The notes beneath the pieces are model-generated. The model was not told where the DNA came from, made no database searches, and saw only the letters and a list, made by a program, of their open reading frames with translations. Shown here piece by piece: positions 1 through 13,318 of a DNA stretch of 64,000 nt. Numbering within the stretch: position 1 is the first letter of the stretch; every line of letters starts with the position of its first letter. The stretch spans positions 12,338,001-12,402,000 of the forward strand of contig CM059444.1 of the NCBI GenBank assembly GCA_030390025.1, given 5' to 3'. A program made the translations under genes and the position numbers. The stretch comes from Squalus acanthias. Lineage: Eukaryota.

Positions 1-238
1 AAGGACGGCAGGTTTCCTTCCCGAAAGGACATTCGTGAACCAGTTGGGTTTTTTACGACAATCCGACCACTTCATGGTCACCATTACTGGTAGCAGCTTT
101 TAATTTCCAGATTTCTTCTAACTGAATTCAAATTCTCAAACTGCCATGGTGGGACTTGAACTCGTCCTATATCTGGATTATTAGCCCAGGCCTCTGAATT
201 ACTGGTCCAGAAACATAATCACTGCGCTTCTGTACCCC
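1..238 (-). mobile_element. tRNA-derived SINE (family B), partial
   Basis: Homologous to 50684-51084; reverse-complement B-box-like gagttcaagtccc. Confidence 0.7.
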
Positions 239-757
239 TATAAGTCTCTAGGTAGCATCTTGGGTAAAAAAAACTTTACCTTGAGGCATTATTTTTACCT
301 TTATTGTTGCTCTTAATTGAGGACTAGGATTGGAGGAAGTGTTGGGGTTTAAACTTGAACATCAAAGTGATTCCAATGAGCATGGTATTCAATACCAAGT
401 CTAGTGGTTCCGTTGATTTGGAATTTTTAAGAAATCGCACCTGGAATTTCCACAGTGGAAGATTGGCAGAAGCTCTGGAGATTCGGCATGAACCGCCATC
501 TGCAGTGTTTCTGCAGGGTTCCTGTTGACATTACGGTGGGAGATCAGGAAAACTCTGCACAAATTCTACCCCTCTATGTTTACCATTGGTAACCAGTTTC
601 TAAAGAGCACCCCACCCTCCTCGGATAAACCCTAGTGACCTTTTCAGAGCACAGCAATTCTTAAAAAATCTTAATCGCTAAGTGTGCCGGTGTCTTATTT
701 CGGATTTGGTGTCCAGATGCAACTAACCAGCATTGTCCTTGGGCTCTTATCTTTCAG

Positions 758-886
758 GTGTGCAACAACACCAGTGACCGAAAGCATGCTGACAATGTGC
801 TGGAGCGATATGTCACGGAAACTGTCATGAGCATCGTCACAACTTTCTTCAGCTCTCCCTTCTCTGATCAAAGCACAAGTTTACAG
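758..886 (+). CDS. ITPR1: ITPR1 internal coding exon (129 nt, phase 0-0): [43 protein letters not shown]
   Basis: ctttcag acceptor, CAG|gtacgg donor; translation closely matches recalled mammalian IP3R1 ([43 protein letters not shown]). Missing from the ORF track. Confidence 0.96.
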
Positions 887-2035
887 GTACGGAATACTAT
901 CACTCCAAGTTGTTAGCTGTAGCCCGTTTCAGAGTTGGGTGCCTTTAGTAAATGGGAAGTTCTAGCAGGGACAAAACTCTGGGGTAAATATTATCAGTAG
1001 CAAAAGAAAATCCCGTCATTGCTGTGGTAAATTAAAAAAAAATTCTATAATTTTCCTGTAACTGGCCGATGTCACCTTGAACCCAGAAACTGTGACTTTT
1101 TGACGACTTTCTCTTGTCGAGTTGTGACCCCCCCTCCCACCCCGAGTATTAACAGTTACTTTCTGATTGCACATAGTCGCGCGCTAAGTTGTTTATTACC
1201 CCGCTGAGGCAGGGTGGAGAGCAGCCCTGTTGACTGTGGTCAGTGTTACTGCTTTGACCTTTTTCGTGGCTGCAAGGAATGAATGCGTAGTTGTGGCAAT
1301 GATGGAAAGGATGAACTTGTCGTTTTCTTGCCTGAGGTTCAAGGCAAAAGACGTTGCGCTGTGATTTGTAATGTTCACATCTGTTGTGATGTTGGCCTGA
1401 GCTGGAATTTACCACAGACTGTTAGAAACTCATTGAAGGAAGTGAGTCATTTTAACACTGAAATGAGGTAAATTGAAGCACAACTCTCTCCCACTGTACA
1501 GGAGACTTGAACAGCAAACCTTCAATATTGCAGAGGGCTCCAGCAGTTTTATTTGGTCCTTTTTTGAATCTATTAACTGGAACTCTGGTTCAGGTGGGCT
1601 GTGAGTTCTCACTCTGCTGTTTTATAAGTTATAAATTCAACAGCCAAACAGATGTGCTGTTAGTTTTTATATGAAGGTGGAATAGTTGTATGATTAGGTA
1701 GTGCAACCCAATATTTAATTCTTAATTCGTCATTAATAAAGACTGCTATTTTTGGTTTCATGCCCACTTTTTTTTTTAAAACACTGCCCTACCAACAAAA
1801 AAGAAGGAAATATTGTGTTGAACAAGTCACTTATTTTGAACTACTGACCAAAGATGGTTTAATATTTTTTTTAGTTAAATGTAGGTCCCTGCATTACAAT
1901 TTGCTAAATGCTTTAGATCTTCACCAGCTACGATGCTTTTAATTTAGATGTTATTACTTTCGATTCCAATTTTTCCATTAATGTTGGAAGTCTAAAGGAA
2001 AAATTGGAATTCAGCAATCCTATCCAAGATGTATT

Positions 2036-2228
2036 GGGCCTGAATTTGCGGTCGGCGGCTTCCCGCGGGCGGATGCCCAACTCCCCGCCAGCGAATGTTC
2101 GTTTCCCGAGGATGCGGAGAATCCATCAAAGAGATTCTTGGCAGATCGCAAGTTCCGGGTTTTCGCGCATGCGCAGCCCATGCCTAAACCCCGGAACCTG
2201 CGCGGCACTTGCACGGAAAATCCGGGCC
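2036..2228. mobile_element. MITE-like non-autonomous DNA transposon, CpG-rich
   Basis: Imperfect 15-bp TIRs (gggcctgaatttgcg / rc ggcccggattttccg, 11/15); flanks att/ata; same TIR type as 14216-14724. Confidence 0.6.
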
Positions 2229-2264
2229 ATAGTGTGTCTGCTCACTTGTCCCACGCGTTGAAAT

Positions 2265-2388
2265 TTTCAAGACTGAGATGGACAGATTTTTCTTGGGTCA
2301 GGGTATTAAGGGACATGGATCAGAGGCGGGTACGTGGAATTGAGATTCAAATGATGGGTTGAATGGCCTACTCCTGTTCCTATGTTCC
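2265..2388 (+). mobile_element. CR1 LINE 3' end fragment
   Basis: gaatggcctactcctgttcctatgttc terminal motif shared with the long CR1 copies. Confidence 0.75.
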
Positions 2389-3919
2389 CACCCTTGTTCC
2401 CTGTGTTCGACTTCTCTTTTTCCTTTCCCAATCTGAACTCTCCTCAACTCTTGAAAGATTCTAGGTCAATGTTCGTTGCAAGCGCACATAATTAAGTAAA
2501 AGTTTACCTTCGTTCAGATATATTTTATGTTTTTACCTTAGTTAGCCCCTCCAATATTCTCTAGATCCACAGCTGCATTGAGGGGAAAAAAAGAGGTGGC
2601 TGCAGCTAGCCTACATGCCCCTGGCTGCCCTTTAATTGATTCTAATGGGGCTTACCTTGTTGGTGGTCAAAAATGGGAGTCACATATAAGGCAGCAGGCC
2701 GCATTGAAACCCCCTGACTGGATGGGCCATATTGATGATAGACTGCTGAGTGTAAAGGCCCTCCTTGCCGCTGTCCTGGCTGGGCCTCCACATTGTGAAT
2801 ACTGATGGTAAGTAAGTGAAACACACCACTTAGTCCTGTTTTCCTTGAATCTGTAACACTTATAGGGTGGGAAATAGGAGCCAAATAGCTGTGGCATTTG
2901 AGTTTTGCTCTGTTCTTGATTTTCTGCAGAGCACTTAACAGCTTCTGCTTTGATCTCCCACTGCCTTCATTTTCAACTCGTGGTTCCTCCTCAGCTGTCC
3001 CCTTCTCTCTTTTCCAGGAAGAATCAGGTGACTGCCCCCCCCCAAATCCCTCTGGCTCTTGGCAATACACAGTATTCATCTAGGTTTTGAAGTGCACTTT
3101 GTTTTATTCACATTCTGTACCTCTTTTTTTTTAAAAGGGAAAAAGGAGCAATTCCACCTGAGGGTTATTTTTGGATATTGCGACATTACTTTTCTTAACA
3201 AGCCACACTTAAAATGTTAACGTTGCCTATTTGGTCACAGCAGCTTATTGCATTTAACTTTCTCTTTCACAGAATTATGAGTCAAACTAATGAGGTATTT
3301 TTAAGATGAACCTCTAAGCTTAACACAGTTGCCAATATTCATATTATTTCCAAGACGTTGCATATTTGGCTAAGTAAGGGGAGGGAGAAAAGCTTGTGGG
3401 TAACATTTTAATGCAGGCGAAGATCTATTTCTGTGCTGTTTTAAGCTCCTATTAAACTATGCAAGATGTGTTCGCACCCTTTCTTCCCCCCGCCCCCTCC
3501 ACACCCCCTCGGTCTCGATGCTCAGGTCTTGTGTAACTGCAGATAGAAAGGAACATTTGTGTTTTTTTTAAAAAAAAACAGGGGGCGCAATCTGAGGAAT
3601 GGCCTGGGGAAAATTGGATCAGTGGCAAGTATGCAGTTGGCGATTGGCTGCTTTGCACTGAGGTGTGGTTTGGGGTTTTGACTTGCTCACTGGACTTGGT
3701 TTGTGAAGTATGACTGTTGAAAATGTACATAAGATTGTGAACATAAAAGTAAACATGGTTATACCTGAGCATGTGGCATGCACACACTACATGTTAATAC
3801 CTTGTATGTATATATGAAGGCTGACACCGTTTAAACACTGGTGCACTTTTAAGTGTGTGCAATTGTGGATACAGTGTTTGCATCTCATGGTACACTGGCT
3901 GAACAATACACTGTACCTT

Positions 3920-4120
3920 TGGAGGGCAATCACTGTTGTAATGTAGGAAACGAGGCAGCCAATTTGCGCACAGCAAGGTCTCACAAACAGCAATGTGATG
4001 ATGACCAGATAATCTGTTTTAGTGATGTTGGTTGAGGCATAAATATTGGTTTGGACACCGTGGATAACTCCCCTGGTCTTCCTTGAAATAGGGCCAAGAG
4101 TTCTTTTACATCCACCTTCA
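3920..4120 (-). mobile_element. SINE family A fragment (Deu-domain/SacSINE1-like)
   Basis: gcagccaatttgcgcacagcaaggtc...aaacagcaatgtgat...gaccagataatctgtttt, matching the full copy at 46253-46712. Confidence 0.8.
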
Positions 4121-4486
4121 GGTTGCTACATATTTAACACATACCCTTGCATCGGAAGTCGCAATCTGTTACCTTCATGAAATGAAAAACTGGTTTTGAA
4201 TTTATATGAAGATTTGAGAGCAGTGGCGAAATATCCAATACCACTTCATGCATCTGGATGGAACATTGCTTTGAAATGGGCAGTGCCAGGGGATTGCTGT
4301 ACAAATGGGCTCAGTGTTTGGTAAATGAGATACAATAATGAAAAAAACGACTTGAATAACTTAGCTTGGGTTGAATGAGGGCGGGGAAAGAAGTGGTGAT
4401 TAGAGTGGGTGGAGGCTCATGTAGAGTATATAAACACTGGCATTGTTAGGCGGAATGGCCTGTTTCTGTGCTGTAGATGCTCTGTA

Positions 4487-4905
4487 ATTGCTGCAGGAGT
4501 TCCTCAGGGCAGTGTCCTAGGCCCAACCATCTTCAGCAGCTTCATCAGTGACCTTCCCTCCATCATAAGGTCAGAAATGGGGATGTTCACTGATGATTGC
4601 ACAGTGTTCAGTTCCATTCGCAACTCCTCAGATAATGAAGCAGTCCATGCCCAAATGCAGCAAGACCTGGATGACATTCAGGCTTGGGCTGATAAGTGAC
4701 AAGTAACATTCGCGCCACACAAATGCCAGGCAATGACTATCTCCAACAAGCGAGAGTCTAACCACCACCCCTTCACATTCAACGGCATTACCATTGCCGA
4801 ATCCCCCACCATCAACATCCTGGGGGTCACCATTGACTAGAAACTTAACTGGACCAGCCACATAAATACTGTGGCTACAAGAGCAGGTCAGAGGCTGGGT
4901 ATTCT
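4487..4905 (+). mobile_element. CR1-group LINE (family A) RT fragment, 5' part of an interrupted copy
   Basis: [22 protein letters not shown]...MFTDDCT RT motifs; continues at 6548. Confidence 0.88.
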
Positions 4906-6547
4906 ACATAGAAACATAGAAGATAGGAGTAGGCCATTCGGCCCCTCGAGCCTGTTCCGCCATTTAATGAGATCATGGCTGATCATCCAAATTCAGTACC
5001 CTGTTCCTGCTTTCTCCCCATATCCCTTGATCCCTTTAGCCTTAAGAAATATATCCAACTCCTTCTTGAATATATTTAATGAATTGGCCTCAACTGCCTT
5101 CTGTGGTAGAGAATTCCACAGGTTCACCACTCTCTGGGTGAAGAAATTCCTCCTCATCTCAGTCCTAAATGGCTTACCCCTTATCCTTAGACTGTGACCC
5201 CTGGTTCTGGACTCCCCCGCCATCGGGAACATCCTTCCTGCATCTAGTCTGTCTAGTCCTGTTAGAATTTTATAAGTTTCAATGAGATCCCCTCTCATTC
5301 TTCTAAACTCTAGCGAATATAAGCCTAATCGACCCAATCTCTCTCCATACGTCATTCCTGCCATCCCAGGTATCAGTCTGGTGAATCTTCGCTGCACTCC
5401 CTCCATGGCAAGAACATCCTTCCTCCGATAAGGCGACCAAAACTGCACACAATACTCAAGGTGTGGTCTCACCAAGGCCCTGTACAACTGCAGCAAGACA
5501 TCCTTGCTCCTGTACTCGAATCCTCTCGCTATGAAGGCCAACATACCATTCGCCTTCTTAACCGCCTGCTGCACCTGCATGCTTACCTTCAGTGACTGGT
5601 GCACAAGGACTCCCAGGTCTCGTTGCACTTCCCCTTTTCCCAATCTATTGCCATTCAGATAATAATCTGTCTTCCTGTTTTTGCCACCAAAGTGGATAAC
5701 CTTGCATTTATCCACATTAAACTGCATCTGCCCAATCACCCAACCTGTCCAAATCATACTGGAGTTTCTCTGCATCCTCCTCACAGCACACACGCCCACC
5801 CAGCTTTGTGTCATCTGCAAACTTGGAGATATTACATCTAGTTCCCTCGTCTAGATCATTAATATATATTGTGAATAGCTGGGGTCCTAGCACCGATCCC
5901 TGCGGTACCCCACTAGTCACTGCCTGCCACTCGGAAAAAGACCCGTTTATTCCAACTCTTTGCTTCCTGTCTGCCAACCAGTTCTCTATCCAAGTCAGTA
6001 CCTTACCCCCAATCCCATGTGCATTAACTTTGCACGCTAATCTCTTATGTGGGACCTTATCGAAAGCCTTCTGAAAATCCAAATACACCACATCCACTGT
6101 TTCTCCCTTATCTATTCTACCAGTTACATCCTCAAAAAATTCCAGTAGATTAGTCAAGCATGATTTACCTTTTGTAAATCCATGTTGACTTTGTCCGATC
6201 CTGTCTCTGTTTTCCAAGTGCTCTGCCATTACATCTTTTATAATGGACTCCAGCATTTTCCCCACTACCGATGTCGGGCTTACCGGTCCATAATTCACCG
6301 TTTTCTCTCTACCACCTTTTTTAAATTGTTGGGTTACATTAGCTACCCTCCAATCCATGGGAACTGTTCCAGAGTCTATAGAATTTTGGAAGATGACCAG
6401 CAATGCATCTACTATTTCTAGGGCCTCTTCCTTAAGTACCCTAGGATGTAGATTATCAGGCCCTGGGGATTTATCGGCCTTCAATCCCGTCAATTTCTCT
6501 AACACCATTTCCCTACAAATACTGATTTCATTCAATTCCTCCCTCTC
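4906..6547 (-). mobile_element. Young 5'-truncated CR1 LINE (family B), ORF2 RT with one frameshift
   Basis: ORFs 5717-6610 and 4993-5820: [44 protein letters not shown]; (TTCTATGT)-type tail; flanked by ATTCT duplication. Confidence 0.96.
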
Positions 6548-7131
6548 ATTCTGTGGCGAGAGTCTCACCTCCTGACTACCCAAAGCCTTTCCACCATCTA
6601 CAAGGCACAAGTCAGGTGTGTGATGGAATACTCTCCACTTGCCTGGATGAGTGCAGCTCCAACAACACTCAAGAAGCTCGACACCATCCAGGACAAAGCA
6701 GCCCGCTTGATTGTCACCCCATCCACCACCTTAAACATTCACTCCCTCCACCACCGACGTACCGTGGGTGCAGTGTGTACCATCTACAGGATGCACTGCA
6801 GCAACTCGCCAAGGCTTCTTCGGCAGCACCTCCCAAACCCGTAACTTCTTCCACCTAGAAGGACAAGGGCAGCAGGTGCATGGGAACACCACCACCTCCA
6901 AGTTCCCCTCCAAGTCACACACCATCCTGACTTGGAAATATATCGCCGTTCCTTCATCGTCGCTGGGTCAAAATCCTGGAACTCCCTCCCTAAAAGCACT
7001 GTGGGAGTACCTTCACCACACGGACTGCTGCGGTTCAAGAAGGCAGCTCACCACCAGCTTCTCGAGGGCAATTAGGGATGGGCAATAAATGCTGGCCTTG
7101 CTAGCGACGCCCACATCCCATAAACAAATTT
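6548..7131 (+). mobile_element. CR1-group LINE (family A), 3' part including 3' UTR
   Basis: [15 protein letters not shown]...[14 protein letters not shown]-terminal ORF2 motif; resumes where 4905 stops. Confidence 0.88.
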
Positions 7132-7145
7132 TAAAAAAAAATTAA

Positions 7146-7410
7146 AATCATAGAATCGTAACATCACGGAAGGAGACCATTTAGCCCATTGTGCCTGTGG
7201 TGGCTCTTTAAAAGGGCTATACAAATAATCCCACTCCCCTGCTCTTTCCCCAGAGCCCTGCAAATTTTTCATTTTCAAGTATTTATCCAATTTCCTTTTG
7301 AAAGTTACTATTGAATCTGCTTCCACCGACCTTTGAGGCCATGCATTCCAGATCGTAACAACTCGCTGCCTAAACAAAATTCTCCTCATCTCCCCTCTGG
7401 TTCTTTGCCA
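7146..7410 (-). mobile_element. CR1 3' fragment
   Basis: ORF segment RGEMRRILFRQRVVTIWNA; tail rc gattctatgatt. Confidence 0.85.
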
Positions 7411-7736
7411 TTCTGTGAGAGTAATAGAAATGTGTAGATTTGAACCGGAGGATTGGTTGATAGACTTGACCTTCAGTCTAATCCTTTGAAAGTAATCCTT
7501 TCTGTATTGGTTTTGCAGGATCATACATTATGCACCTAATGTTTGGAGTGGGGTTAAATAGTATTCTTGGCACACAGCGGTTCCATTGCACTTCAGCGCA
7601 GATAACAAACTGAATTGCCTTTAGAAATCATGATGAACAATTGCACCGACGCACTTGAGAGGAGCAGGATGAATGAAGTACGAGTGCAGCATTCGGGGGG
7701 GGGGTTTGGCCATGGTGTTAATAAAACTTCATCTGA

Positions 7737-7826
7737 CCCTTTGTGTGACTCCATTCAGATTAATAAAAAGGATATATATATTTATACATCCTTTTTATTT
7801 TAACCTGAATGGAGTCACACAAAGGG
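7737..7826. repeat. Near-perfect ~90-bp palindrome/hairpin
   Basis: ccctttgtgtgactccattcag and ctgaatggagtcacacaaaggg are exact reverse complements (22 bp); pairing continues inward via aataaaaaggat/atcctttttatt. Confidence 0.92.
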
Positions 7827-8189
7827 GCAGGAGCCTGTTAACACGACAGTAACAGTTAGAGATGAAAAGAAAATCGACCAATGGAGAGATGCTGCATTTA
7901 CACAGCAGCTTTCAACACCTGCAGAGAGAAGGAGCACTGGCCGCCAGTGTGAGTCTGAATGATCTACGTCCAGAACACTGAGCTATCTTTTTTTTCGTTG
8001 CCTATGCTGACGGATTTGCCGTGTATCTCCAGCATTTTCTGTCTTTATTCCAAACAAAAGAGCTCCCTGCAGTGCTGGAGGAAAGTCGGCTGCATTGCTG
8101 CAGTACTTGTGGGGGAAATCGGAGGGTTTGGTGCTGCGGTTGCACTGTAAACCGAAAGGAAAGATTAAAGTGGCACTGTGCTAGGAAAA

Positions 8190-8610
8190 AAAAACTTGCA
8201 TTTAAATAGTGCCATTCTCAGGACATCACCATAGCTTCAGAGCCAACGAATTACTTTTGAGGTGTTTTCGCTGTTTTACAGGCAAACACAGCAGCCAATT
8301 TGAACACGGCAAGGTCCCGCAAACAGCGGTGAGATAATTGACCAGATCATTTGTTTCGGCGGTTAATATGTTGGCCAGGACACTGGGTGAACTCTGCTCT
8401 TTCACGGGGTCTTTTCTGTCCACCTGAACGAGTAGACAGGGCCCCCAGTTTAGAGTCTTGTCTGAAAGATGACGCCTCTGACGGTGCAGCATTCACGCAG
8501 TACTGTACCGAAGTGTCAGCACAGATTATGTGCTCAAGTCCTGGAGTGGGGCCTGAACCCATCGCCACCTGACTCGAGCGAAAGTGCTGCCAACTGGACC
8601 AAGCTGGCAC
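8190..8610 (-). mobile_element. SINE family A, diverged near-full copy
   Basis: Colinear with 46253-46712 from the aacttgcattt tail to the tRNA-like head. Confidence 0.8.
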
Positions 8611-9004
8611 CTGTTGGCAAACCGTGTTAATTTTAACCACAAAATAAAATCTCATCACATCAAATTACAAGAAACCGTAAATGCAACAAACCCGGCTATG
8701 TTTAATATTAATCTCAGAAAGTTGAATTGTTAGGGATAGTTCTTCAGTCTTCATAATTTTATAAAATGTAATGTAGGAATGAGGAAAGTCGGTTCAAATC
8801 CCCCAAGTCTTGTTTCAGGATCCAATTGGTCATTTTTCTTCTCTTTCATATCATTTTCCCGTAGAATTGATCCAATTCCCTTTTCAATACATAACCTTAA
8901 GTCTACTTTTACTGCATTTAATGGGAATCTGTTCCACAAATTGAAGCATGAAGAAATTATTCATTCAGTTTAATACGAGGACTCCTTGGCTTATTGTTTC
9001 TGCG

Positions 9005-9160
9005 TCAATAAAACAGAAAATGCTGGAAGGTCATCGACCTGAAACGTTAGCTCTGCTTCTCTCTCCGCAGATGCTGCCTGACCTGCTGAGTGTTTACTCG
9101 CATTTTCTGGGTTTTTTTAGTTTTAGATTTCCAGTATCCACAGTATTTTGCTTTTGTTTT
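9005..9160 (+). mobile_element. Penelope-like terminal repeat relic
   Basis: aggtcatcgacctgaaacgtt...ctcc.cagatgctgcctgacctgctgag; homologous to the reverse strand of 53778-53880. Confidence 0.6.
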
Positions 9161-9809
9161 GTTGTATGCTTCAATCCTGGCTTCAAAAAAAATTCCATAT
9201 AAGTTGATACCATCGCCTAACGGCTTTGATATTGCCTTCAGGATATCTCCCAGTGTGAATGCCTGGGATTGGTTAGCTGTGTCAAATTACAAATAGTACC
9301 ATTATTTGCTCCATGTTGTTCAGCCAGTGTACTTGATTTACTTCCTTCTGCGTCTAACATCTTGAGATAACTTCTAAAAATCTAGAAGCGCATCAACCTT
9401 CTTCAGAGAATCTCCATGAACTTGATTGACATGTATGTGCCTTTTGTAAATCCATATCAACTTGGAGTTTTTTTGTTACTTGATTTGCTTTTGCCCTAGG
9501 ATGACCATTCCAACTCTTGTGTTCATGAACAACAGATTGACTATCCTCAATAAACTTAAGATGGTTCAATTATTGGAACTGGTAGTAGAATCATGGTTTG
9601 CTGGCAACAAAGAATTGCAAACGATCAAAGATTGCTACCAAATGTAGAATTCATTTTTTAATATTGCAATAATTGCCAATTGGCTGCTTTGTTGCTTAGA
9701 AGTACCAGAAGTTGCTGTTGACTTATTTGTTTTTTTTAAAACAAGTCATTGCTAGTTTGGCCAGTGCCCTCATGGATAGTGATAGCAAGCAGGTGATTGT
9801 ACAACAGTT

Positions 9810-9935
9810 TATAGAATCACACAGAACAGAAGGAGGCCATTCAGCCCATCAAACTTGTGCTGGCTCTTTGAAAGAGTTGTCCAATTGATCCCGTTCCCCT
9901 GCTCTTTCCCCTTAGCCCTTGCAATTGTTTCTTTT
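9810..9935 (-). mobile_element. CR1 3' fragment
   Basis: atagaatc...aaggaggccattcagcccatc...ccctgctctttcccc, as in 7146-7410. Confidence 0.75.
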
Positions 9936-10131
9936 ATCAATGTTTTGATTTGGAGCTTCCACGAAAGGCAGAGGTAAGTTTAAAATAAAAACTCTTGAGA
10001 CTTCCTGATTGAGAATTGCAGTGAATTCAGACTCTATAATATCGATAGCCCACAATTCCCCCTGGCGTTGGAGCCGACACTGGCCATTTATATATTTTAA
10101 GATAGACTTTCCAGTGTTGTCAGCACCTCGA

Positions 10132-10898
10132 TAACATACGAACATACGAATTAGGAGCAGGAGTAGGTCACTTGGCCCTTCAAGCCTGCTCTGCCATTCA
10201 ATAAGATCATGGCTGATCCGATTACTCCACATTCCTGCCTACCCCCGATAACCTTTCACCCCCTTGCTTACTAAGAATCTATCTACCTCTACCTTAAAAA
10301 TATTCAAAGACTCTGCTTCCACTGCCCTCTGAGGAAGAGAGTTCCAAAGACTCCCGACCCTTTGTGAAAAAATTTCTCCTCATCTCTGTCTTAAATGGGC
10401 AACCCTTTATTTTTAAACAGTGACCCCTCGTTCTAGATTCTCCCACAAGAGGAAACATCCTCTCCACATCCACCCTGTCCAGACCCCTCAGGATCTTATA
10501 TGTTTCAATCAAGTCACCTCTTACTCTTCTAAACTCCAGCGGATACAAGCCTAGCCTGTCCAACCTTTCCTCATAAGACTACCCGCCCATTCCAGGTATT
10601 AGTCTAGTGAACCTTCTCTGAACTGCTTCCAATGCATTTACATCCTTCCTTAAATAAGGAGACCAATACTATACACAGTACTCCAGATGTGGTCTCACCA
10701 ATGCCCTGTATAACTGAAGCATAACCTCACTACTTTTGTATTCAATTCTTCTCGCAATAAATGATAACATTCTATTAGCTTTCCTAATTACTTGATGTAC
10801 CTGCATAGTAACCTTTTGCGATTCATGCACGAGGACACCCAGATCCCTCTGCATCTCAGAGCTCTGCAATCTCTCACCATTTAGATAATATGCTTCTT
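10132..10898 (-). mobile_element. CR1 LINE 3' ~770 bp (a different subfamily)
   Basis: ORFs 10669-10905 (RDLGVLVH...RPHLEYCV) and 10294-10563 (LEFRRVRGDLIETYKI); (TTCGTATG)n tail. Confidence 0.92.
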
Positions 10899-11204
10899 TA
10901 AGCAAAAGTCATTTTGTTCAATATTTGAGCTTGATTTGTTTCTAAATTTTAATAACTCTGCACCGGAAGTGGGGCTTTGTTCACTTTAATGAAGAGTTAA
11001 ACTAAGACCACTTTTAATTCTGAAGGTCGGGGTGGGGTGCATTACATTGTGATTGGAAACGCTTTGACTAGGGGAACCATTCCTGTTTTCCGCCACGCCA
11101 TTGCACCAACGTGCTAGCCCTTACGTGTTGTTTTTGTTTAATAAATAGTTGGTGTAAAGCAAGCTGTTAATTCGATACAATCTTTTTTTCTATGAATTAT
11201 CCAG

Positions 11205-11325
11205 ACTCGCCAGCCTATCTTTGTGCAGTTATTGCAAGGGGTGTTCAGAGTCTACCACTGCCCTTGGCTGTCTGCTGCCCAGAAGGCTTCAGTTGAGAGT
11301 TGCATTAAGGTGCTATCCGAAGTAG
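11205..11325 (+). CDS. ITPR1: ITPR1 exon (121 nt, phase 0-1): [40 protein letters not shown]
   Basis: ttatccag acceptor, G|gtaagc donor; matches IP3R1 [19 protein letters not shown]...[15 protein letters not shown]; in frame with neighbouring exons. Confidence 0.96.
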
Positions 11326-13318
11326 GTAAGCATTTTACTGTGGGGTGGGGTGGGGTGGGGGTGCTGGTAAGGAGGAGGTATTGGAGGTTGCTAAACACTG
11401 CTATATATCACTGTGAAAATGTACCACTGTATTCAAAGCTGAAGTCTGCTGTTCTATTCAAATACCTGCAGTTTTTAATATACCACATCGCCCATTTTTC
11501 TTCAGTGAGCTAGGACAGTTTGCTGCTCTGTTCCACTAACTTTGTGACTGCTGTTCATGATGCTTCTTGATCAGGCATGCTTTCTTAAGGTGGGTCGATT
11601 TAACGCTGTTTATCTTGATCTTTGGTCTGGAGCGTTCTGGAAACACTCACTCCCAGCCAGGCCACAAAGGCAACTCCCCCGCAAGAGAGGTAGCCAATGT
11701 TTAAATGTCAGCCAATTAGGTGGCAGACCCCTAGATTCCTATCCTGGAGCAACTGGGTATTGCACGATGCACGTGGTCTTGGTAATAAAGTAGAACTACC
11801 CACTTCAAAATACTTTGTATTCTTGGAACATTAACTCACCTGAATTTGTGGCGAGGAATTTACCAGTACAGTGCACAGCACCTTTAGAGGGGCTACTAAA
11901 CGCACATTAATGAGCGTCTTTCTCAAAACACACCCTTTTTTGTGTTGTTTTTGTCCTACTCATTTCAGGCACCAACTGTCCGCATCAAGGTGCAGACTGA
12001 GGTCCCTCTACTTCAGCCCAATCTCCAACTGCACTCACGAATTTTTCCATTTCTTGCATCAACCATCCTTTTAACTTCTCTGACTGGTTATGATGTTACT
12101 CAACATTGTGCCAGATTGTGGTCACTGTAGTGCTGTGGGCCTTCGCTCACTCGCAGCCGATTGGAGGGCTGCCCAAACCCACTTCACGTAGGACACTTGG
12201 AGACAGCAGAGCAAAGTCTCCTCAGCCCAGGCTGGATTGGAAACCAGGTCCCAGCGGTGAAAAGGGATCAATTGTGCTGCATAATCCTTTTGCATTTATT
12301 CCGAGCTTCTGCTAGTAAAGGAGTTGGTGATAAATGCAGGTTATATGGAAGCAATGGTATGTCTGTGCTGCCGTGAGGGTCTACTGTAGTGCAAATATAT
12401 CGATACAAAATATTCAGGGCTGAGGAAGCTGCAAAGGAGGTAGAGGGAACTGTAAGTGGGTTCAACCATTGCAGTTAATTGATGTAGAATATAACCTGAC
12501 TTGTAATATAAACTTCAAAACTGGCAGTTTGCCAGTATCTTTTTTGGAATTGCCACCAACAGATTATGAAAGGTGTGCTGGGTTGGGAGGTGGGACAGGA
12601 CTTTACTGGCTGTACCAGCAACAGGTTCAAACCAGGCAGTGACTCCCGCCTCTCCCAAGACATTGTGCATGGACCAGTGAGACTGCTAACCTGCTGGGGT
12701 CACTTTTATTTCTCCTTTTTGTTTTTTTGCTCGTGGCAGCAGAGGTGAGGCTAGTGGAAGCTGTTCTTGGCACCGTGCCAAAGCTGAACACGTTCTTCCG
12801 TGCTCATTGCTGCTGTGATTATAGCCAGAGTGCTGTCCTCAGCGGATTGTGACTTCCACATGGTGCTAGATGGGCAAGATTCAGGGAAAACTAAGCAGAA
12901 GAGAGGAAAATTGAGCAAAGAATGGCACTGTTGGCATTACTGTAGCGAAGGAAAATGGGCACTGAAGAGGATGTTTTGATTTGTTTGAAACCCTTCTACC
13001 ACCCGGGATGAGGAATCTATTTCTTCGATTTTTTTTTTAATGGATTTACAATTGGTTTTAGTCAATTTACAGTTGACCTAACTGGTAAACTGTCTTCTCC
13101 CTGGTCTGGAAAGATACTTACTTACCCTGATGTCAAGCCAAGTAGTCAGGACCAAGCTTCCCACCATCATACTTGGGAGAGCTTGGTGTCCTTTGATCAC
13201 CAAGTTCGAAAGGTTTCAGTACAGCAGTCTTCCTGCTTGACGAAGCCTCGATAAATATATTTGCAGTGGCCCACAAACGTCAGACAAATGCTTTAATTTG
13301 CTTTAACATCCATTACAG

